Assembly (NCBI GenBank): GCA_017620845.1
Contig: JAGAUJ010000011.1
Span: 189 to 64,188, forward strand
Reading direction: 5' to 3'
Origin: Rickettsiales bacterium
Lineage (GTDB): Bacteria; Pseudomonadota; Alphaproteobacteria; Rickettsiales; UBA1997
Length of the DNA: 64,000 bases
Shown one piece after another: positions 20,376 to 28,070 of the stretch. Within the stretch, counting starts at the first letter, position 1; each line of letters opens with the position of its first letter. The notes under the pieces are model-generated. The model was not told the DNA's origin. It worked only from the letters and a program-made list of their open reading frames with translations, and searched no databases. The position numbers were made by a program, and so were the translations under genes.

Positions 20376-21164
20376 ATGAATATAAAAAACTCAGTGCATT
20401 TACAGGATTTTCCAAATATAGAAAATTTTAAACCAGATAATGAATTATTGGATGTAATGGATAAAGTTAGAGCGATATGCAGTTGTGCTCTTTATGTTAG
20501 AGATAAACATAATTTAAGGGTTAGATTACCATTAAATAAGATGATCGTTATAAGTCCAGATTCTTCTGATATAAGTAATTTTGTTGATATTATAGCAGAT
20601 GAAATTAATGTAAAAAATATTGAATTCAATGATAATATTGAAGAATTTGGTGAGAAAAAATTGGTTTTAAATTTCCAGAAAATAGGTAAGAAAGTTGGTG
20701 CGAAAATGCCAAATGTAATGAAATTGGCTAATAGTGGTAAATGGGAAATTAAAGATGATTTATTGATTATTGATGAATTTAAACTTGCAAATGATGAATA
20801 CTCTATAAAGTTGGAAACTAAAAAAGAAAATGTTTTTGCTGTTGATGGATATGATATTCTAATTATGCTTGATTTAAATATAACTGAAGAATTGGAACAA
20901 GAGGGCACAGCAAGAGATTTAGTAAGATTAATACAACAATTTAGAAAAGATGTAAAATTGGATATAAGTGATAAAATTAGTTTAGTTATAAAAACAAATT
21001 ATGACTTTTTAAAGGACTCAATTAATAATTTTAAAGAATATATACAAGAACAAACTTTATCGGTTGATTTAATGATTACAAAAGATGAATTGAATACAGA
21101 TTTTTCTTTTTGTGAAGAAATGAGTAATAATATTGTTCAAGTTGGGTTTTCAGTAATAAAATAG
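20376..21164 (+). CDS. ileS: Stand-alone ORF corresponding only to the C-terminal ~260 aa of a type-2 isoleucyl-tRNA synthetase
   Basis: SVHLQDFP, VRLPLNK, IADEINVKNIEF and GTARDLVRLIQQFRKDVKLDISDKISL match the IleRS type-2 C-terminal tail. No catalytic domain lies upstream, where divergent lptF starts at 20303. Confidence 0.65.
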   Translation: MNIKNSVHLQDFPNIENFKPDNELLDVMDKVRAICSCALYVRDKHNLRVRLPLNKMIVISPDSSDISNFVDIIADEINVKNIEFNDNIEEFGEKKLVLNFQKIGKKVGAKMPNVMKLANSGKWEIKDDLLIIDEFKLANDEYSIKLETKKENVFAVDGYDILIMLDLNITEELEQEGTARDLVRLIQQFRKDVKLDISDKISLVIKTNYDFLKDSINNFKEYIQEQTLSVDLMITKDELNTDFSFCEEMSNNIVQVGFSVIK

Positions 21165-21171
21165 GATAGAT

Positions 21172-22353
21172 ATGGATATTAAAAAAAATATTTTATATGT
21201 AGTTCCAACAATGAATAGTGGTGGTGTTGAGGTTGGTATATTGGAGCTGGCAAAGAAAAATTTTGAAGAAGGGAACAAAATTAATATGTTTTTGTTGAGT
21301 TTTGGTGGAAAAATGATTAGTAGATTAGTTAGTTATGGAGTAAAATGTTTTAATGTAAATGTTAAAAGCAAAAACCCTATAACTATAATCAAAAATATAA
21401 AAAAAATTAAGCAAATAATACAAGAAAATGATATAAATATAGTTCAAGCAGAGTCAAGAGCGCCGGCTTGGAGTTGTTATTTTGCTTGTAAAAAATTAAA
21501 TATTCCAATGATTACAACTGTTCATGGTTTATATGATAGCACAAATTTTTTGAAAAGACTTTATAATTCTTCTATATTTAGAGGAAATCCAATAATAACT
21601 GTTTCAAATTTTGCAAAAGATTATTCAATAAAGTATTATAAAAAATATATATATAAAAAACAGTTTAGAAAAGATGTTGAAGTTGTATATAGGGCAATTG
21701 ATACTGATGTTTATAATGAAGATAATGTTTCTGTGACAAGGGTTTTAGAATTACAAAAAAAATTGAGATTGCCAGATGATAAAGTAATTATAACATTGCC
21801 AGCAAGATTTGCTAAACAAAAGGGGCAGGATTATTTTTTGAGAGTTTTAAAATTTATAAAAAATACAAATTATTTTTGTGTTATTATTGGTGATGATAAG
21901 AAAAAACCAAAATATGTGAAATATATTGAAAAGTTGATATATAAATACAATTTACAAAAAAATGTTGGTATATATGGCAATATAAGTGATATGCCTGCTT
22001 TGTATAAGTTATCAAATGTTGTTGTATCATCAAGTATAAAGCCGGAGTCTTTTGGAAGAATTGCTATTGAGGCTCAGGCTATGAAGAGAATTTTTATTGG
22101 CACCGCAATTGGTGGAACATTGGAAACGGTTAATGATGGAGTAACTGGATTTTTAGTGCCAGAAAACAATGCTAAATTATTTGCTAAAATATTAGATGAA
22201 GTATTGGAATTAAGTGTTGAGAAAAAAGATAAAATAACTAACAATGGAAGAAAATATGTTATTGATAATTTTTCTATTGATAGTATGTATAATTCTTTAA
22301 TTAATATTTATAATAAAGTGTTGGAATCTGATGATTTTAGGTGTTGGAATTGA
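21172..22353 (+). CDS. Glycosyltransferase family 4 (GT-B, RfaG-like)
   Basis: 393 aa. It has NSGGVEVGILELAK at the N-terminus and the C-terminal EX7E-type motif PESFGRIAIEAQAMKRIFIGTAIGGTLETV.DGVTGFLV. Confidence 0.8.
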   Translation: MDIKKNILYVVPTMNSGGVEVGILELAKKNFEEGNKINMFLLSFGGKMISRLVSYGVKCFNVNVKSKNPITIIKNIKKIKQIIQENDINIVQAESRAPAWSCYFACKKLNIPMITTVHGLYDSTNFLKRLYNSSIFRGNPIITVSNFAKDYSIKYYKKYIYKKQFRKDVEVVYRAIDTDVYNEDNVSVTRVLELQKKLRLPDDKVIITLPARFAKQKGQDYFLRVLKFIKNTNYFCVIIGDDKKKPKYVKYIEKLIYKYNLQKNVGIYGNISDMPALYKLSNVVVSSSIKPESFGRIAIEAQAMKRIFIGTAIGGTLETVNDGVTGFLVPENNAKLFAKILDEVLELSVEKKDKITNNGRKYVIDNFSIDSMYNSLINIYNKVLESDDFRCWN

Positions 22354-22744
22354 TTTACTTGATGTAAATAGAATTGAAAAATTGTTTGGTAAATTTGATA
22401 GTAATAGATTTGCTGAAAAGATTTTGTCCAAACGGGAAATGGAACTTTTTAGTAATATTGGTGATATTAGTAAAAAAATTAATTTTATAGCAAAAAGATT
22501 TTCATCAAAAGAGTCTGTTTTAAAAGCAATAGGGCTTGGACTTGGAAGGGGAATTGGGTTAACTGATATATCAGTTTTAAATGATATATTAGGAAAACCG
22601 GAAATTTCATTTAATGAATCTTCCATGAGATTTTTAGAAAATTTTTATAATATTGATTATAAAAATATAGATTTTAAGATGTCTGTGACTGATGAAAATA
22701 ATTTAGTTAATACTATAGTAATTATATCAAAAAGAAGATGTTAA
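22331..22744 (+). CDS. acpS: Holo-[acyl-carrier-protein] synthase
   Basis: 137 aa with MILGVGIDLLDVNRIEKL...RFAEKILSKRE and ...KESVLKAIG motifs. It overlaps the upstream gene end. Confidence 0.85.
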   Translation: MILGVGIDLLDVNRIEKLFGKFDSNRFAEKILSKREMELFSNIGDISKKINFIAKRFSSKESVLKAIGLGLGRGIGLTDISVLNDILGKPEISFNESSMRFLENFYNIDYKNIDFKMSVTDENNLVNTIVIISKRRC

Positions 22745-23460
22745 ATAGGATTAATAAGTTTGGTGAAGTAAATAGTTATGATGTGTTTAAAAATATAGCA
22801 TTTTTCGCTATGATTGTGGATCATATTGGATATTATTTTTTGCCACAAATATTTTTATTTAGGGTAATTGGGCGAATATCTATGGTGATTTTTGCTGTGT
22901 TATATGGTTATAGTTTTAGTAAAAGAAACAATAATATTTTACTTTATGGAATACTTACGGCCGTGTTTGTGCAGTTTTTTGTTGAGCATGATTTTTTGCC
23001 ATTAAATGTTCTTTTTGCTTTTTATATATCTTCATTTTTTATAAATATATTTGAATATGTATATAACAAGTATTATTCAATTTTTTGTTTGTTTTTAGTA
23101 ATGTTTATTCCAGCGGCTTTTATTTCTAATGTTTTTGTTGAATATGGTATATCTATGTTATTTTTGCTGTTGTGTGGTAAAATTTTTAAAAAAGAGAACA
23201 AAACAAGAAAGGACGTAATAACAAGTATATTAATTTTTGTTATATATGCTTTATATCAAACACTTAATTTTGGCTTTAATTTATTTGAATTTTTATTTTT
23301 GATGTTATTGCTTACTATTGTATATTTATATTTATTTAATTTAAAAATACAAAAAGTAGATTTTAATAATAAAATTATGTTGTTTGTGTCAAGATATTCA
23401 TTAGAATTATATTTTATGCATTTATTAATTTTTTCAATTATGGCAAAATGCTTACATTAG
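22738..23460 (+). CDS. TraX-like polytopic membrane protein (putative acyltransferase family)
   Basis: 240 aa and multi-TM. The N-terminal FKNIAFFAMIVDHIGYYFLP resembles the TraX-family signature. It overlaps both neighbouring genes. Confidence 0.45.
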   Translation: MLNRINKFGEVNSYDVFKNIAFFAMIVDHIGYYFLPQIFLFRVIGRISMVIFAVLYGYSFSKRNNNILLYGILTAVFVQFFVEHDFLPLNVLFAFYISSFFINIFEYVYNKYYSIFCLFLVMFIPAAFISNVFVEYGISMLFLLLCGKIFKKENKTRKDVITSILIFVIYALYQTLNFGFNLFEFLFLMLLLTIVYLYLFNLKIQKVDFNNKIMLFVSRYSLELYFMHLLIFSIMAKCLH

Positions 23461-24113
23461 ATAATAAAAAAAATATTAGAAGTTTTGGAAGAATAAATGG
23501 AAGAGGAATTACAGAAGAAACAAAAAATATTTTAAAAAATAAATTAGAACAATATAAATTTGTTTTGGAAGATTTCAAAAAAGATAATATTAATCATTTT
23601 GAAATAGGTTTTGGTTATGGTGAAAGTATTGTTGAAAGAGCAAAAAATAATCCAAATATAAAATATATTGCTTGTGAAACTTATACAAAAGGTGTATTGA
23701 ATTTGATTAATTTGATAGAAGTAAATAAAATAAACAATATACAAATTTTTAATGGTGATGCAAGACTGTTGTTAGAAACATTGCCAGATAATAGTTTAGA
23801 TATGGTTTTTGTGTTGTTTCCGGATCCTTGGCCAAAGAAAAAACAGCAAAAAAGAAGAATAATTAATGATGATTTTTTGATTTTGTTGTCTCAAAAAATT
23901 AAATTTGATGGAAAGTTGTTTTTTGCGAGTGATATTGAAAATTATGTTGAGTGGACTATTGAAATGGTTGAGAATAATGGATTTTTTGTAAAGATGTTTG
24001 ATAATGAAAGTATGAAGATTGAACCAAATTGGTGGGTTCAAACAAAGTATCAAGAAAAAGCGATAAGAGAGGGTAGGGAGTCTTGTTTTTTGGAGTGGAA
24101 AAAGTGTAATTAA
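23448..24113 (+). CDS. trmB: tRNA (guanine-N7)-methyltransferase
   Basis: 221 aa with EIGFGYGE (the SAM-binding motif) and FPDPWPKKKQQKRRI motifs. Confidence 0.9.
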   Translation: MLTLDNKKNIRSFGRINGRGITEETKNILKNKLEQYKFVLEDFKKDNINHFEIGFGYGESIVERAKNNPNIKYIACETYTKGVLNLINLIEVNKINNIQIFNGDARLLLETLPDNSLDMVFVLFPDPWPKKKQQKRRIINDDFLILLSQKIKFDGKLFFASDIENYVEWTIEMVENNGFFVKMFDNESMKIEPNWWVQTKYQEKAIREGRESCFLEWKKCN

Positions 24114-24337
24114 TTGTAATTGTATTTTGTTTTTGTACATATAATCAATTATTGAAATTATAAATTTATAGTTTTAAATTGATTTTGCTGTTAAAGAAAT
24201 TAATTTGTTAAGGTAAAGTCTTTACAAAAAACATAAAAATTATATTAAGCGAATCATTAAAAAAATAAAATTATCCACACCAAAACACTATAATACTACT
24301 TTGAATTATATTAAAATAACACAGTAATTAAATAAAA

Positions 24338-24874
24338 TTATCTACTATACTCTTTTTGTATAGTGTTATTTCGAGTTAAAGTGCAATTACTTGTGCAACA
24401 AGTTCCATTTTCATAAAAAGCTATATCATGTTTTTTAAGGAGATTAACAGAATTTACATAAAAAAGATAATTTTTGCAACAATACTTCATACTATATCTT
24501 ATTTTATCATAATCTGTTTCTATATTTATTTCATCCATTTGTCCATTTCTTGCATTACAATACTTGACGGCATAACGTTCAGTTCTACTTACACAGTCTT
24601 GAGCGGTTACCTTTGAACCAAACGTAATTTCTTTATCTTGTGTTATGCTTGTCTCTTCCATTGGTGTTTGTGGTGTAATATTTTGTATAGTGTATTCATA
24701 GATAAAAAAAAATACATTTATTATGAAAGATATTATTCCCAAACAACTATAGATTAACATTTTAAAAGATTGCCATATTTGATCATTTTTATAAAAACAT
24801 GCAGCACTAACAATGCCGGTTTGAATAAAATATAGAATACTGGTGAGTATTGTGTACTTATATATTTTTTTCAT
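24338..24874 (-). CDS. Orphan membrane-anchored Cys-rich protein
   Basis: 178 aa with a signal/TM segment, a second TM segment, then a ~110-aa domain with many Cys (CVSR..YC..YCC..CC..NC). I recognise no family. Confidence 0.4.
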   Translation of the reverse strand: MKKIYKYTILTSILYFIQTGIVSAACFYKNDQIWQSFKMLIYSCLGIISFIINVFFFIYEYTIQNITPQTPMEETSITQDKEITFGSKVTAQDCVSRTERYAVKYCNARNGQMDEINIETDYDKIRYSMKYCCKNYLFYVNSVNLLKKHDIAFYENGTCCTSNCTLTRNNTIQKEYSR

Positions 24875-25032
24875 AACATAAATTTTATTATACTTACAAA
24901 AAACTAAATATAAAAAATTATAAAGTCAATAAAAATGTATCATAATGTATCAAATTATATTAAATGCGATATTGTATATTTTTAATGCTATTACTATATG
25001 TATAAATTGTTATATATAAATTATATATGATA

Positions 25033-26244
25033 CTATACTATATTGGCAAAGTTTCCATAAACTGGACCAAATACAGCTGCTATAATCCAACACATTAACC
25101 CACCCATTATAAATAAAATCATTGGTTGTAAAGAACCAACTATTTTATCAATAGAATCATTAATTTCTGTTGTATAGAAATATTGTATATTTTCCATAGC
25201 ATTTTCAATATTACCACTATCTTCACCAACTTTAAACATTCTTTTTACTATAAATGGGAATATATCTGAATCTTCAATACATTTAGATATTGTTTTACCT
25301 TCTGAAACTTTAATTTTTATATATTCTATTTCATTTTTTAAATAACGATTAACAACAACATTGTTTGCTATTTCAATACATTTTAAAACTGGAATACCGG
25401 CAGAAAATGTTATACCAAAGAATTTTGTAAACCTTGATACATCTAATTTAATCATTATTTGTCCTAAAAGTGGGAGTTTTAGTTTGAATTGATCAAACTT
25501 TATTTTGAAAATTTTGTTAAAAAGTGCCATTCTAATAGTAAAAAATATAGCAACACAAGATATAACTATTGTTATAAAATTTCTTTCAATAAACTCAGAT
25601 GTATTTATTAATGCAGTTGTGTAGGATGGGATTGTTATATCTTGTTCTAAAATAAAACCTAATACTTTTGGAACAACAACTTTAAGTAAAATAACTGCAA
25701 CAATAACTAATAAGGATAGTGAAAATATAGGACTTTTTATTGCTTTTATAGTTTTTCTTTTCATTTCCATATTCCACTTTAAGTTTTCATATATGTTTTT
25801 AAAAGCAACATCCAAATTACCAGTTTTTTCACCCATTGCAACAAGATTTACTGATACTTCATCAAATACTTCTGGAAATTTTGATAAAGCAGCAGATAAT
25901 AATTCTCCACTTTTAACCCACTCATATATATTTTGCATCATACTTTTCATTTTTTGGTTTTCGGAAAATGATGCCAAATCTTTTAATGAGTCTAGTAATG
26001 GAACGCCAGCTTTTTCAAATTGTTCCAATGTTATAAATAGTGTTATTAACTCTTTTGCTGTAATTTTTTTATTGGCTAATAAATTTGTTAAAAATGAATC
26101 TTTAATTTCTCTTGCAGAAATTAACATTAAATTAGATTCTGCCAAAATTTGTTCAACAGCATTATCATTTGGTGCTTCTACTTTACCATTTATTATTTTA
26201 TTGTTTTTTGGATCTAATGCTCTATATAAAAAACTTTTACTCAT
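25033..26244 (-). CDS. pilC: Type II secretion / type IV pilus platform protein (GspF/PilC family)
   Basis: 403 aa with two T2SSF repeats and three TM segments. The C-terminus MGGLMCWIIAAVFGPVY is typical. The ATG overlaps the def stop by 8 nt. Confidence 0.8.
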   Translation of the reverse strand: MSKSFLYRALDPKNNKIINGKVEAPNDNAVEQILAESNLMLISAREIKDSFLTNLLANKKITAKELITLFITLEQFEKAGVPLLDSLKDLASFSENQKMKSMMQNIYEWVKSGELLSAALSKFPEVFDEVSVNLVAMGEKTGNLDVAFKNIYENLKWNMEMKRKTIKAIKSPIFSLSLLVIVAVILLKVVVPKVLGFILEQDITIPSYTTALINTSEFIERNFITIVISCVAIFFTIRMALFNKIFKIKFDQFKLKLPLLGQIMIKLDVSRFTKFFGITFSAGIPVLKCIEIANNVVVNRYLKNEIEYIKIKVSEGKTISKCIEDSDIFPFIVKRMFKVGEDSGNIENAMENIQYFYTTEINDSIDKIVGSLQPMILFIMGGLMCWIIAAVFGPVYGNFANIV

Positions 26245-27244
26245 TACTTATTAAATGTTTTTTAACTTTTTTTACAATTATATCTTTTTTTAATTTAGAC
26301 AAATAATCAATAAAAACCTTTCCAATCAAATGATCTGTTTCGTGCTGAATACAGATAGCAAGCAACCCATCTGCATCGAGTGTATTTTGTTTACCCTCTT
26401 TATCAAGATATTCAACAGTTATTGCTTTATGTCTTTTTATAGTTGCTCTTTCTTGTGGAACAGATAAACAACCCTCTTCACTATCAACCATTTCTTCTGA
26501 TTTTTTAGTTATTTTTGGATTTATCAAGAAAAGTGGATTTTTTGAATCGTTTTCTTGTAAGTCTATAACAACCATATTTTTATTTATACCAACTTGATTT
26601 GCTGCCAAACCTATACCTTTACTTTTATACATCATTTCAAGCATTTCATCAAGTGTTTTTTTTATATTGTCATCAATAATTTTAACATCTTCACATTTTT
26701 TTCTTAAAATGTCATTATCATTAATAATATTTTTAATTTTCATGGTATTTATAATATTATTTATAATATCATTTTTTTGCTCTTCGGGTAAATAATCAAT
26801 AAATAATTTTCCATCAAGATAATCAATTTCATGTTGTAAACAGATAGACATTAAACCATCTGCTTCTATTATTTTTTCTTCAAATTTTTCATTAAAATAC
26901 TTAACTTTTACAGTTTTATATCTTTGTATCACTTCTTTTATATTATCAATAGAAATGCTACCTTCTGTGCTATCAACTAATTCGTCAGATTTTTCTATAA
27001 TTTCTGGATTAATAAAAACCAATGGCGTTTTTCTATTATTTTCTTGTAAATCTACAACAATAACTCTTTTATGAACACCTGCCATAACTCCGGCCATACC
27101 AATACCATTATGTTTATAAATAATATTAAACATTGCTGGTATTAAGGTAGATAATTCTTTATCGTTTTTTTCAACTGATTGACTTACTTGTCTAAAAAAT
27201 TCTAAATCTTTTTTATTGTTTATTTTTCTCAAAAAATAAGACAT
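26237..27244 (-). CDS. def: Tandem (duplicated) peptide deformylase: degenerate N-terminal copy plus intact C-terminal copy
   Basis: The C-terminal copy has GIGLAANQVG, EGCLSVP and QHETDHLIG. The N-terminal copy has GIGMAGVMAG, EGSISID and QHEIDYLDG. The ATG at 27244 lies 1 nt after the yebC stop; a TTG at 27256 is an alternative start. Confidence 0.85.
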   Translation of the reverse strand: MSYFLRKINNKKDLEFFRQVSQSVEKNDKELSTLIPAMFNIIYKHNGIGMAGVMAGVHKRVIVVDLQENNRKTPLVFINPEIIEKSDELVDSTEGSISIDNIKEVIQRYKTVKVKYFNEKFEEKIIEADGLMSICLQHEIDYLDGKLFIDYLPEEQKNDIINNIINTMKIKNIINDNDILRKKCEDVKIIDDNIKKTLDEMLEMMYKSKGIGLAANQVGINKNMVVIDLQENDSKNPLFLINPKITKKSEEMVDSEEGCLSVPQERATIKRHKAITVEYLDKEGKQNTLDADGLLAICIQHETDHLIGKVFIDYLSKLKKDIIVKKVKKHLISNE

Positions 27245-27245
27245 A

Positions 27246-27998
27246 TTAACCCTCAATTTTTTCCATTATTTCATCAGGAATTTCATAATTTCCTATAACT
27301 TGTTGAACATCATCATCATCTTCTAATTTTTCTATAAGTTTTAGCAATTTTTCTGCTTTTTCTAAATCATCAACAAGCACTGTATTTTGTGGTTTCCAAG
27401 TAATTTTTGCTTCATCAGGATCGCCCAATTTTTCCATTATAGCATCTCTAACTGCTGTAAATTGTGATGGATCTGTTGTGATTTCATGCCAATCTTCTGT
27501 GCTCTCTACATTATCGGCACCTGCTTCAATAGCGAGTTCAAACATTTCATCGGCAGATATTTTGCTACCTTCATAACCTATAAGTCCAACTTTATCAAAA
27601 TTATATGAAACACTACCACTTTCGCCCAATGCCCCACCACTTTTTGTAAAATACGATCTTACATTTGAGGCAGTTCTGTTTTTGTTGTCTGTTAATGCTT
27701 CTACTATTAAAGCAACTGAACCTGGTGCATAACCTTCATATCTAATTTCTTCATAATTTTCGCCTTCGCCAGCAGTTGATGCTCTTTTTATTGCTGCTTC
27801 AATTTTATCTTTTGGCATATTTTCAGATTTTGCTAATATAACAGCGTTTCTTAATCTTGGGTTAAAATCTGGGTTTGGATCACCCATTTTTACAGCAACC
27901 GTAATTTCTTTTTGAATTTTTGTAAATATTTTTGATCTTTTAGCGTCTGCTGCTGCTTTTTGATGTTTTGTTGTAGCCCATTTTGAATGTCCTGACAT
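27246..27998 (-). CDS. yebC: YebC/PmpR-family transcriptional/translational regulator
   Basis: 250 aa with the N-terminus MSGHSKWATTKHQKAAADAKRSKIFTKI. Confidence 0.9.
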   Translation of the reverse strand: MSGHSKWATTKHQKAAADAKRSKIFTKIQKEITVAVKMGDPNPDFNPRLRNAVILAKSENMPKDKIEAAIKRASTAGEGENYEEIRYEGYAPGSVALIVEALTDNKNRTASNVRSYFTKSGGALGESGSVSYNFDKVGLIGYEGSKISADEMFELAIEAGADNVESTEDWHEITTDPSQFTAVRDAIMEKLGDPDEAKITWKPQNTVLVDDLEKAEKLLKLIEKLEDDDDVQQVIGNYEIPDEIMEKIEG

Positions 27999-28070
27999 AA
28001 TAATTTAATTAATTTATAAACTTGTTCCAAGTATAAAATATACTTTTAAAAAAACAATATAAAAGAAATA

